Positions 21,117-31,000 of a DNA stretch of 64,000 bases are shown piece by piece. The stretch is from a plasmid: the sequence record NZ_CP128206.1; one strand, written 5' to 3'. Position 1 is the first letter of the stretch. Every line of letters begins with the position of its first letter. Position numbers and translations under genes: made by a program. The notes below the pieces were generated by a model, which was not told where the DNA came from, made no database searches, and saw only the letters and a program-made list of their open reading frames with translations.

Positions 21117-21227
21117 TCAGTGCTTTTTTGCGAGTTGTCTGTCGCACCAAGCGTTGATTTGAGGGGAATAAAGAGCCACTAAACTGACTATTAATCCACC
21201 AGCGATAATCACAAATAAACCATTCAT
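21117..21227 (-). CDS. small hydrophobic peptide (36 aa) with a strong RBS
   Basis: AAGGAGAT-N5-ATG; MNGLFVIIAGGLIVSLVALYSPQINAWCDRQLAKKH. Confidence 0.3.
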   Translation of the reverse strand: MNGLFVIIAGGLIVSLVALYSPQINAWCDRQLAKKH

Positions 21228-21260
21228 GATGATCTCCTTGTTTATGTTCTATGCCAAATA

Positions 21261-21506
21261 TTACTCTTGTTTTAACTTTTTCGCAAAAACAGTGAATACA
21301 ATACCTGACACGATTAGAGCGGCCATCTTCACATCGATACCCGTTTGGATCGCATAGACGTAGGAGCCAGTGTAACCAGCTATGCCTAAATTCCCCACAT
21401 GAGTACCAATTTCCTTCCGATGGCAAATTATCCAACCTGAACATTTCTTGATTTGTGCAACAAACCAAAGATAGGCAATCACATAATCGAACATGTATAA
21501 CTCCAT
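21261..21506 (-). CDS. small membrane protein (81 aa)
   Basis: Two predicted TM segments. It overlaps, in another frame, a Cys/Trp-rich 144-aa ORF judged spurious. Confidence 0.4.
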   Translation of the reverse strand: MELYMFDYVIAYLWFVAQIKKCSGWIICHRKEIGTHVGNLGIAGYTGSYVYAIQTGIDVKMAALIVSGIVFTVFAKKLKQE

Positions 21507-21564
21507 AAATTATTATGGAGTACCTACCCACACGGGATAGATACCCCGCGTGGGTTAAAGCTGC

Positions 21565-22518
21565 TTAGTTGTTGTTAAAATCAGCACCAAACAACGCTAC
21601 AGCTAATGTTTGAATAGTTTCACGTTCTTCTTCTTCCGAGCAGCGGTTTAACAATGCACGATCAAGCGCGTAGCTTAATGCATTGTTTGCTCCTTGGAAT
21701 CGTTGAGTGAGTATCGCCCAACGAATTAACGTGCGAGTTGAAAAGGTGATCGATAATTCTGAGTCACCTTGCTCCCCTTTGAAGATAGCGCGAACCTTAT
21801 TAGCCAGCTCAATCATCTTCTTACGCAGCACTTTAGGAATGTTCGGTGCCAGTTTTTCCAGTACCGCCATTTCCGTATCTTCGCTGGCGTAATCTTCTTT
21901 GATCACCACAAAGCGGTCCATGAACGCCATGTTTAGGCGGTTCACTCCCATGTAGTTGCCGTCACCACCAGATCCGTTTGAGTTCGATGTTGCAATCAAA
22001 CGAAATGCGGGGTGAGGTCGTACAATTTCGCCGTTAAGCTGAGTGATCACGAGTGGCGCACCTTCCAAAATGGCATTCAGGTTTGCCAATTCCGCCGGAT
22101 CAACCAAGTCGATCTCGTTCAGAATCAGTACATGCCCTCCGCGCATCGCAGTCGTCAGTACGCCATCCATCCAGACAGTATTGCCGTTCACTAATGTGTA
22201 TTGGCCCACTAAGTCCATGTACTCAGTCGAACCGCCACATGTATAGCTTTGGGCTGGATAATTTAATCTGGCTAGTACCTGCTCAACCGCTGACGTTTTA
22301 CCGCAGCCGGTTGGACCGGTGATCATCAAGCCATCGCCAAATGAGCAATCCAAAAACGCCACGATGTCGCGTAACGTTTCCCGACGAAAGATGTAGTCTT
22401 TCTTGGCCGGAATATTTGGATGTCCACTTGGTGCAAAACCTTCAACCGTAACGTTTGTGCCAGGAAAACCGAACACATCCATTGGGTAGCTTTGCGGAGT
22501 TAGAGTTAGAGTAGTCAT
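21565..22518 (-). CDS. CobS-like AAA_5 ATPase (MoxR/CobS family), 317 aa; conserved in the MOBH ICE/IncA-C backbone
   Basis: Walker A GPTGCGKTS, Walker B VLILNEIDL, sensor motifs. Confidence 0.85.
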   Translation of the reverse strand: MTTLTLTPQSYPMDVFGFPGTNVTVEGFAPSGHPNIPAKKDYIFRRETLRDIVAFLDCSFGDGLMITGPTGCGKTSAVEQVLARLNYPAQSYTCGGSTEYMDLVGQYTLVNGNTVWMDGVLTTAMRGGHVLILNEIDLVDPAELANLNAILEGAPLVITQLNGEIVRPHPAFRLIATSNSNGSGGDGNYMGVNRLNMAFMDRFVVIKEDYASEDTEMAVLEKLAPNIPKVLRKKMIELANKVRAIFKGEQGDSELSITFSTRTLIRWAILTQRFQGANNALSYALDRALLNRCSEEEERETIQTLAVALFGADFNNN

Positions 22519-22574
22519 AATGTTGTCCTTAATTAATCAATAAAAAAGGCAACTTACGACTCCCCTAGTGGGCA

Positions 22575-23808
22575 AGGGCGGGATCGAACTTTAACCACTG
22601 AAAATAAAAGACTTTATTTTATTGGGAACTTTTCAAGGTAATCACGATCTGATCATGAAGTTAAAAATATGAGAAACTCGTGCATGATTATCATTGAGCA
22701 GCTAAAAAAAGTGAAAGATACCCGTTCGCATATCAACCAAGTGTATCCTGTTATGGAAGTGGCTTTCTTGGTCATAACCGCCATGATTTGTGGTCAAAAT
22801 AAGTGGACTGATATTAAGGATTTCGGCGAAGGAAATATCGAGTGGTTGCGTGAGTATCTCCCCTACGACAATGGTCTCCCCACTCGGCATAATATTGCCG
22901 CGATAATGAGAACTGTTGTACCAGAGACGCTCTTGGAAGCGATGGTAGGCTGGGTCAATTTGCACAGAGAAAAGCATGCTCAGCCCATAATCAGCGTTGA
23001 TGGGAAGGTTCTAAAAGGAGCGAAAGCAAGCAAACAAGAACACCCTCTCTATATGGTTTCGGCATTTGACGTAGATGAAGGTTTGACTCTCACACATCAA
23101 CCTTGTGACGGTAAAGGTATGGAGCTAATAGCGATAAAAAACATGCTCGACGCTTTGGATGTCAGAGGGTGCTTATTAACTGCTGATGCGCTTCATTGTC
23201 AGGTTGAAACACTGAATAAAGTGGTTGATAAAGGTGGTGATTTCTTAGTGCAAGTCAAACTGAATCAGCCAAGTTTGTTAGCAGAGATTGATGCGCAGTT
23301 CCAAGACTATTGGGCTTTGCCAGAAGAACAACAGGAATCGTATATCACTGAAGATAAAGGGCATGGAAGAGAAGAGATTCGTGAGGTTTACGTGCTTCCT
23401 GCCTCCTTCAGCGAAGAACTCAAAGATAAGTGGAGTGTTGTAAAAAGCATTGTTGCGGTGGTAAGAGATAGAAGCGTCAAAGGGAAAGGAAGCTATGAAA
23501 CATCGTACTACATTTGCACAGACCATTTGTCTTTAGAGTTAGCCTCAAACGCAACAAGGAAACACTGGAACATCGAGAACCAGCAGCACTGGGCTTTGGA
23601 CGTTATTTTCAAAGAAGACGAGCAGCGAATTTACGCTGGGGACTCAGCATTGAATATGGCTTGTTGTCACCGATTTGTGCAGAACCTCTTCAGGAAGTCA
23701 GAAGGGAGCGTGTCTGTACCAAGGAAGATGAATAAGGCTACGTGGGACAAAGATTATAGAGCAAAAGTTCTCTTTACATCAGCTTAACAAAGTACGTTCG
23801 CGCCCTTC
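22575..23808 (+). mobile_element. ISAs1-family insertion sequence flanked by a 10-11 bp target duplication CTAGTGGGCA (22565..22574 and 23809..23818)
   Basis: Imperfect terminal repeats AGGGCGGGATCGAAC / GAAGGGCGCGAACG and a direct repeat of the flanking target sequence. Confidence 0.8.
22669..23787 (+). CDS. ISAs1-family transposase (H-repeat-associated-type), 372 aa
   Basis: Typical ISAs1-family length and motifs (DGKVLKG...LTADALHCQ...NIENQQHWALDVIFKEDE). Confidence 0.9.
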   Translation: MRNSCMIIIEQLKKVKDTRSHINQVYPVMEVAFLVITAMICGQNKWTDIKDFGEGNIEWLREYLPYDNGLPTRHNIAAIMRTVVPETLLEAMVGWVNLHREKHAQPIISVDGKVLKGAKASKQEHPLYMVSAFDVDEGLTLTHQPCDGKGMELIAIKNMLDALDVRGCLLTADALHCQVETLNKVVDKGGDFLVQVKLNQPSLLAEIDAQFQDYWALPEEQQESYITEDKGHGREEIREVYVLPASFSEELKDKWSVVKSIVAVVRDRSVKGKGSYETSYYICTDHLSLELASNATRKHWNIENQQHWALDVIFKEDEQRIYAGDSALNMACCHRFVQNLFRKSEGSVSVPRKMNKATWDKDYRAKVLFTSA

Positions 23809-23884
23809 CTAGTGGGCAGCTTTCAGTTGCCCGATAGGGTTGATATTCATTGAATTAGTCAATCGCTCGACTAATTCCCTCTTC

Positions 23885-25117
23885 TTAAAAATGCATGTTT
23901 CGTACAGATTTTTCGAAGAAATTACTTGGTGACGTTGGGGTAGCGATCATTGGAATGACCTTGGCGGTTTCTGTCGGCTCAGGCTCAGTTTTCGGTTGAG
24001 TCTCTTCCGGCATTAACGCGCTTGGCGATTTCACCGTCATCACGTTTAACGATTCGGCTTGCACCGGTTCCGTTGAGTGTTCAGGTTGAACGTTCGCATT
24101 GTCGCTGGTTTGAACAGTCGGTGTGATGGTTTCTGGCTCATCAGTTACATTGACTAAGTAGTAAGACGACCCTTTCTTCGTGTGCTTAGCTAGTAACTCT
24201 GGTGGTATCGCCACATTGAGATCCTTCGCCAGCTCATTAAGAACCGCTTGGTAGTCCACACTGCCATTTCGTTCCACTCGCGTAGCCCGAATACCACCTT
24301 TATCGAATGTTTTGACATCACTAGGGATTTGCTCAGTGAAGTAACTTTCAAGCTGATTCACATCGGCCTTGACCGCATTCATTTTGCGTTCAATCTCACC
24401 TAGATACGCTTTTTTCTCTTTCAGTTGCTCCACTCGGCTTAGCCAGGTTGGATCAACTTGAGAAAGTGGCGTGTCGTACACAACGGTATCGCGGCCTTCC
24501 ATCATTGGCGGTGGCGTCTTAGTTTGCACCAAGTTCCAGAACCACAATGCTTTTTGTTCCGCTTTTTGGATAAACGCATCGTCACGTTTAATGTTTACCG
24601 CAATTGAACGTTTACCGCGCAAGTAAAAAAACAAACGACCTTGAGGGCTTCCGGCGCAGTTAAGTTGCCACTGCACTTGGGCAGCGTACATCTTGAACGT
24701 TGGCGCTTTGGATTGAAGTTCAACAAGTTCGTTGTAGATCTTTTCACAAGGACATTTGATTTCGAGCACTTCCCGAATGCCTTTAGAGATGGCTTGTAGG
24801 CCATCCAAAGACGCTTTGAACAGTGGATTATGGTCTGCTTCTACGCACACTGGCATATACACAATGCCGTATTGATCTTCCACGGCGCTTCGCGCTTCCG
24901 GCTCTTGCTCGACACCACGTTGAACGTGAAAGTTTTTAGACAGGTCATCTGGTTGTTTATAACCGACTAACTCTGCCCACAGTCCGTATGGGGTTTGATA
25001 AGGTGACAGGCCCATAATCACAGGGATCATGGAGGCTGTAATGCCCGTTTTCCGCCACGCAAACCATTTTTCACTACGTTGTACTAAGTCAACAATAGGC
25101 ATAAGTGCCTCCTTCAT
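23885..25117 (-). CDS. exo: YqaJ/lambda-Exo-family recombination exonuclease with an extended low-complexity C-terminus (410 aa)
   Basis: N-terminal YqaJ-type nuclease motifs (QRSEKWFAWRKTGITASMIPVIMGLSPYQTPYGLWAEL...EIKCP). RBS AAGGAGG. Confidence 0.75.
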   Translation of the reverse strand: MKEALMPIVDLVQRSEKWFAWRKTGITASMIPVIMGLSPYQTPYGLWAELVGYKQPDDLSKNFHVQRGVEQEPEARSAVEDQYGIVYMPVCVEADHNPLFKASLDGLQAISKGIREVLEIKCPCEKIYNELVELQSKAPTFKMYAAQVQWQLNCAGSPQGRLFFYLRGKRSIAVNIKRDDAFIQKAEQKALWFWNLVQTKTPPPMMEGRDTVVYDTPLSQVDPTWLSRVEQLKEKKAYLGEIERKMNAVKADVNQLESYFTEQIPSDVKTFDKGGIRATRVERNGSVDYQAVLNELAKDLNVAIPPELLAKHTKKGSSYYLVNVTDEPETITPTVQTSDNANVQPEHSTEPVQAESLNVMTVKSPSALMPEETQPKTEPEPTETAKVIPMIATPTSPSNFFEKSVRNMHF

Positions 25118-25127
25118 ATTGTGTTCA

Positions 25128-25166
25128 ATAAAAAGGGCGCACTATCCCCTACGGGCAGTGTCGCCC
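25128..25166 (-). terminator. rho-independent terminator (stem GGGCGACACT / AGTGCGCCC, loop GCCCGTAGGGGAT, T5) upstream of the exo RBS
   Basis: GC stem-loop plus TTTTTATT, then AAGGAGG and the exo start. Confidence 0.65.
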
Positions 25167-25199
25167 GTTAGGGTAGATGGATAATTAGGGTACTTTCCT

Positions 25200-25553
25200 T
25201 TATAGAGAAACGGTCACGCAGTATTCACGCGAGCCATTGTGGTTCTGGTAATCCGAGCTCACCGTTTTTAATTGCGCCACTGTGTGCTGACTGCTCAACG
25301 TCACCTGTTCGGTGAGAACATCTTGGGTTTGGGCTTGGCCCTTGCCTTCGGTTGTGATGCTTTTCAGTTCCGTTCTGGCATTCACGGTGGCCCCAAGCTC
25401 ATGAGAGAGTTGCCCCTTTGCCAATGCCTTTGCGGTGATTTCATCAACCACCGGATTGCCAGTGTCCGGCACACAGGCTGAGCCGGTGATCGTCTTTGAG
25501 GCCGCGAACTCACTCACCACCAGTAAGCTGACCAACAACAGATATTTATTCAT
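25200..25553 (-). CDS. small secreted protein (~117 aa, signal peptide MNKYLLLVSLLVVSEFAAS)
   Basis: Signal peptide; in an operon with the downstream genes. Confidence 0.5.
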   Translation of the reverse strand: MNKYLLLVSLLVVSEFAASKTITGSACVPDTGNPVVDEITAKALAKGQLSHELGATVNARTELKSITTEGKGQAQTQDVLTEQVTLSSQHTVAQLKTVSSDYQNHNGSREYCVTVSL

Positions 25554-26745
25554 ATTTCCACTCGCTCGATTCTTTTTCCGGCACCACCACCACACGCGCA
25601 TCCAGTGAACTGATGCCCTGCAGTTCCGCTTGAGTCACGTTCTTGATGATGACCGGATTGCGATAACGGGAACGATGGTCAGCATCTAACATGCGGTTAT
25701 CTTTGGAGTCATTGGAGAATTGAAGCGCGAAGTTGCTCCCTGCGAAGAAATCGCTTCGGCCACTGATTGGCAAATACCCCACTTTGTTCGCCGCTTTAAT
25801 CTCAATAGCGACTGTATGACCGGACAGGTAATCCAGCAATTCGCCGCTGTAGGGCTTTAATTGTTTATTGCCACGGTTATTGTACGAAGGGAACTCAATG
25901 GTGTAGGGCGGTGCATGTCGGTCTTTCTCTTTCAGTACCAGATAATTCGACATGACGCTGCGCACCGGTTTCATCGGGACATTCCAACGCACCGGAACGT
26001 GAATGTTGTACGTTCCGTCAGTGTTCTTTTTGAACTCTGGATTGCCAAGCGAAATCTTTGTTTGGGTTTTTAAGTAGCCAAATACATCTCGGTTCACGGC
26101 CTCTTTCGCCAGGTCGTAGTCTTGTCCATCCAGCATCGCCAGTTGGAAAAGAGTACCCTGCTCGAACACTTTCTTTGTGGCCGCACGATTGCTATCGAGC
26201 TTTGCCAACACCGCGTCACGCTCAGCCAGCAAATCCGTTCGTGCGCCCTCGTTAATCTTGCGGGTTAACTCAAGCACTTCGCCGCGCAGACGTTGATTGT
26301 CTTTCTCAAGTGCGTCCATCTTGGCCTTGCGTTCTGGATCGCTTTTCAGCTTTGCCAACCCATCACGAATGGACGCTTTGGACAGCTTTATTTTGGCGTA
26401 GGTATCGAGCACGAGACTGCCATTGGCTCCTACTGAACGCTTATCTTCACGGCTTAACACCTCAAGAAACCCTGCCGTTAACACGCGCACTTGTTGTTTG
26501 GTGATGGTTTGGTTTGACACCTGCAGCACCGATTCAATGTAGGTTCCGGCGTAGTCGGAAGCCGATTTCTTGGCTTGCTCTAGCGTGATTTCTCTGGCAC
26601 TGGTTAATGTGTCGTTATCACCAAGCACATAACGTTCCGTCACGTTCAGCGTGATGTGGTCCTGATTCTCGGAATCCAGCGATACGGCGGCATGAGTAGA
26701 GAAAGACAGCCCAACCAGTAGGGCCAGTAATGTTCGATTCATCAT
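25546..26745 (-). CDS. secreted coiled-coil protein (399 aa), unknown function
   Basis: Signal peptide MMNRTLLALLVGLSFSTHAAVS and a long heptad-rich central region. Confidence 0.6.
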   Translation of the reverse strand: MMNRTLLALLVGLSFSTHAAVSLDSENQDHITLNVTERYVLGDNDTLTSAREITLEQAKKSASDYAGTYIESVLQVSNQTITKQQVRVLTAGFLEVLSREDKRSVGANGSLVLDTYAKIKLSKASIRDGLAKLKSDPERKAKMDALEKDNQRLRGEVLELTRKINEGARTDLLAERDAVLAKLDSNRAATKKVFEQGTLFQLAMLDGQDYDLAKEAVNRDVFGYLKTQTKISLGNPEFKKNTDGTYNIHVPVRWNVPMKPVRSVMSNYLVLKEKDRHAPPYTIEFPSYNNRGNKQLKPYSGELLDYLSGHTVAIEIKAANKVGYLPISGRSDFFAGSNFALQFSNDSKDNRMLDADHRSRYRNPVIIKNVTQAELQGISSLDARVVVVPEKESSEWKYE

Positions 26746-26756
26746 TTCGTCCTTTG

Positions 26757-27140
26757 TTAGTCAACCCGAAACCAGTGAGAATCCAACCCCATGCTGGCGC
26801 ACGCGGTACAAATCAACTCGTTCCCGTTGTTCGTGATGATTATCTCCAAATCTGGCCTGACAACGCCGACGACATCTCGGTTATGCATCGTGACCACGAT
26901 TTTGTTTCCCCTGACCAGAAACGGCTTATCCATGCTGCCAAATTTGCTTGAGAGTGTTGCGGTATCGTGAGTGAATTGAAGCGTAGCGTTTTGTTTCGAC
27001 TCAGAGTATTTGCCCTTGATAAACGCTTTATTGAAGATGTCTGACACATCAGCAGGAGGATAATGAGCGGTATCAGAATCACACCCTGATACCGCCAATG
27101 CGCTCACCAAACACCATTTACTCAGGCTTGATGAACTCAT
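26757..27140 (-). CDS. lipoprotein (127 aa), unknown function
   Basis: Lipobox LAVSGC. Confidence 0.55.
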   Translation of the reverse strand: MSSSSLSKWCLVSALAVSGCDSDTAHYPPADVSDIFNKAFIKGKYSESKQNATLQFTHDTATLSSKFGSMDKPFLVRGNKIVVTMHNRDVVGVVRPDLEIIITNNGNELICTACASMGLDSHWFRVD

Positions 27141-28008
27141 ATTTTTTGCCTTGCGTGTAAATGGCGGGTAGCACTAAAGCGTAATCTGTGTATGTAGTAC
27201 CCCCGAATTTAGCTTTTGGTAATGACGGAAGATACAAATAGAAACCTTCCGGTAGGTAGCTAGTCAAACTTTTATAGTATTCGCGGAGATCGATATCTCT
27301 TTTCATTTCCACACTATACATGAGTGGTGTAGTTGTTTTTGCGAGCATGTTTTTAAGATAATAGTCATTCTGGCTTACTCCATATGTGTAATACTGACCT
27401 TCTCTTTGTTGATCAATAGATCCATTACGTAGCGTCAATAAACCTGACTTTGGTTTATCAAGGTGGAAACCTCCCATATTGTATTCTTCACCATTGGTAT
27501 TAACGAAGTAAACTGAGTAACCATCCCTCACATTTTTTTTCTTAGTTTCACCATACTGGCTAAGGGCTTTCTTGCTGGCGAAATCAATGCGTTCTAGGAT
27601 ATATGATTGTGCTTCAAGTTCATTTGCGAACAAAGAAGAATCAACTTCAATTATCCAATGCGCAGACCCTGCCGCATGATCTGTATCAGCAAGGTTTGAC
27701 ACGGCTCCACCAGCAACATCAATCAAACCAGTAAGGTCTAATGTGAGCAATTTCAAGCCGCCAAACAGTAGCGAGGTATCGCCACCATTTCGACTTCGAC
27801 CAATTGCGTATTTAATTTCGCTTTCTTCCTCTTTTGAGAAATCTCGTAGAGGGCTCTTGTCTCTGGTAAGAATTGTTTGATTAGCAATGTTCAGTGCATA
27901 ACTGTTTTTATCTGAGAACGGGACTGGATTTACCGGCTCAGGCTTCGCAACACACCCACTGAGAGCAGTCATCATTCCAATCATTGCCGAAATTGTTTTC
28001 ATGTTCAT
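27118..28008 (-). CDS. lipoprotein (296 aa), unknown function
   Basis: Lipobox ALSGCVA; Tyr-rich C-terminal half. Confidence 0.6.
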   Translation of the reverse strand: MNMKTISAMIGMMTALSGCVAKPEPVNPVPFSDKNSYALNIANQTILTRDKSPLRDFSKEEESEIKYAIGRSRNGGDTSLLFGGLKLLTLDLTGLIDVAGGAVSNLADTDHAAGSAHWIIEVDSSLFANELEAQSYILERIDFASKKALSQYGETKKKNVRDGYSVYFVNTNGEEYNMGGFHLDKPKSGLLTLRNGSIDQQREGQYYTYGVSQNDYYLKNMLAKTTTPLMYSVEMKRDIDLREYYKSLTSYLPEGFYLYLPSLPKAKFGGTTYTDYALVLPAIYTQGKKYEFIKPE

Positions 28009-28077
28009 AGCTTCTAAATTCCATGTTTTTTAACTAATACTCGAATGTTATCAGTCGTTATTTTTTTCCAAAATGCA

Positions 28078-31000
28078 TTATTGGCTGCGACTCCACGCAT
28101 CCTCATACGCATCGCGGCGAACTTCGTCAGCATCGATATTTTCCATACGCTCTCGATTGGCCTCTAGGACATTATTTCTGTCTGTTCCGCCTTGCTGAGT
28201 GTTCAAATTGGACCCTTTGCCCGTGAGGGAATCAATATTCACATTCACCATGTCGGTGTAATTCCCCGTACTGATGAGTATGCCAATCCATTCATCCAGA
28301 TTCACTTTATCCCAATCGACTTTATCCAAATCTTGAATGCCGACACCTGTGCAGTTCGGTTTTTTCGCGGTTCCCCAATTTAAATTCATCTGTGACTGAG
28401 CATAAATTTGCTCCATCATGATACGAGATAATGGAGAATCAAATACGCAGTAAGACTGGCGTTTTTCAATACAGGCACCAAGCACCTCTGTCTTACAATA
28501 GGAGCCAATTTTATGCGTTGATAACAGCTCTCGTTTCATCGCTAAATCCAGCTCTTCCTCTTCGCATTCGTAGATAACATTGACCAGCAAATTAAACACG
28601 ACATACGCCAGATATGCGTAATACACATACATCAGGGCTTGTCCGGCTGCGGCCATTTCTGCAGAAGCAGCGAGCGCAGTTCCTCCACTTTCAATAGCAA
28701 CTTCTTGGAAAAACATCTGTGCCACCTCTGGACCAAAGGTGTCTATCAAAAACTGGTTGGTGTATTGCATCATTTGTTGTGCCACTGCGCTCATGAGGCC
28801 GTCTTTAGCACCGTTTTTCCCCATTTGCGCCACAATATCCGCCGGTGATATAAATTCACCTTGTACCGCCGACCAAGCAGATTGAGCCGTGGCACTTCCC
28901 CACGTTGATGCGGTTTCCCACACACCAGGATAGTTTTCCAACCCCATGACCTGCCCCGTTAGCGCATCCATCTGAATCATTTTGGTCGTGAGCGAAATGT
29001 AATCAGCAAGCGTGACCGCTACAGGGGATTTACAGCAATTCTGCATCCCCCCCACCGCAATTTTGCATTCGGACGCAGTACCTTTGAAGAGTTCGCACGT
29101 AACGTTGGTATCTCCCCCGCTACTGGTTGTGACCGACGAGGTGGACATGGTACTCATTGACATCGGCTGAGCAGTAGAACTTGCTGACGCAAGGCCCATG
29201 AGCTGCTGTCTGCCCACTGTCGTCAACGCAATGTTCTTCTGTTGTTCTTCAGCCATAGAAAGGAATTGCTCGGCTACGTACTGTTGCATCGTTTCTTGCG
29301 TCAGTTTGGCTTCCTCTGACCCCTGCAACTCGCTGCTTGCGTTCGCTTTGGGAATTAACGTATCCAGCATGTGCTCGAACGGCGAAAGAGCCATTGCGAC
29401 GATTTGTTGGGTTTGAGTCTGAGTCAATTCTACTTCGACACTGTTCAACTCGAACTGTGCGCGAGCATCGGCCAGCGGCGATGGACCTTTTGACGTACAA
29501 CGGCCTTCGGCTTCGTTCCAGATAGGATATTGGCTAGGGCATCCGATTTGTGCCGGTTCTTCTCTGCGACATGAATCTGTTTTCGGGTCATAAAATGTCC
29601 CTTCTGCAGAACATGTCCAGACAGGTGCAGATGACGAGGAACTGACGCATTTATTATTAGCTTTGTCTAAAGTGTATCCAGCTCCGCAAGATGCTTGTTG
29701 GTTGACGCTTATATTTGTACATATCTCATAACTGTATAGAGGTGACTCATGATCTTGAAAACAATAACCATTAACTTTTTTACCACTATTTTCAAATCTA
29801 GGAGTCGCACCAGTATTGATATATTCATTACTGGCAGAATAATAAGAAACGTTGGTTGTACCACCGCAGTTATTACCGTTATATCTAGCTAAATACCACT
29901 TGGCTCTGAGTTTTCCTCTCCAGTAATTTCCTTTTAAATGTCGAGCATCAGTTTTCTCGTAGCAAACGTTAAGAATGGTATCATACAAACAGAGTCCATT
30001 ATGATCCCAACTTTCACCACCCAGAAAATTCGATGTATTGTGATATGCAGACGAGTCATTATCCCAAAAACAACCAGCTTGCTGCCCTTGACACATGCCA
30101 TTGATCGGTTGAATGCCATTTGGACACGAGGGAACATTAAATACAATTGCCTCACACATACCAGTGTTCGAATTGTATGTTTCATTACTACCATTACATT
30201 CCGGCGTAGCAGGTACTTCTAACAAGCAGACATCATCATCCACACTCCACGGATCGTTGCCTTCTACCAAGGGAACACCATCAGGACACGTTGGTGTCGG
30301 CGGTATTTCACAATACCCCGTCTTGGGATTGAGCGTGTGATCAGGACTTGGGCAACCACTCGGTATGACTGGTGATTCTGCATTGGTACAGACCTCATAA
30401 AAGGTATCAGTCGCCAGTTTTTTCTTTGCCTCACCACATGTATAAGTCACCCCATTTTTCTTCACGGGTATGCAGGTAGGAACGCTGGCATCATCCACCA
30501 CCACTTGATTTCCCACCAGCACTTGAATGCCATTGCGCGAGCTCGCGGCATAAAAATCGTTGTCAGAATAGGTACAGCCTGTTGGTTTCAAACATTGGTT
30601 AGTTTGTTTGTTGTAAACGAACCCGTCAGCACAACTTGGAACGGGAATGTATTGGTCCGGCGGCGCATCTGCATCGTATGGGGATTCGGGAATGCCTTGG
30701 CAGGTCATGTCAGCTTTTGCGTATTTCAGCATTTCCAGATAGGCATTCACTTTGCCAAAATCTTCATTCGCGCCATCACGCGCAGGGCTGTAACAATTCT
30801 CGCCAACACACTGAAGTTTGCCGTCACAGCGCAATACCTGCTCTTCTTTCGGCTGTCCCGTTGAAGCCGTGAAGCCACAATCGTAGGTGTCCTCTTGGAC
30901 ATAACAGTGGCCGGAGCTGCCTTCGGCCCCTTCCACACACTCACTCTTGATATAAGAACACGTAGGGTTCTCTTCGTATTTTTTACACTGATTGCGATCT

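Noticed and set aside
21097-21531. 144-aa Cys/Trp/His-rich ORF
   Set aside because: Odd composition and no RBS. It overlaps a plausible 81-aa membrane protein and a 36-aa peptide with strong RBSs in other frames, and is judged spurious.
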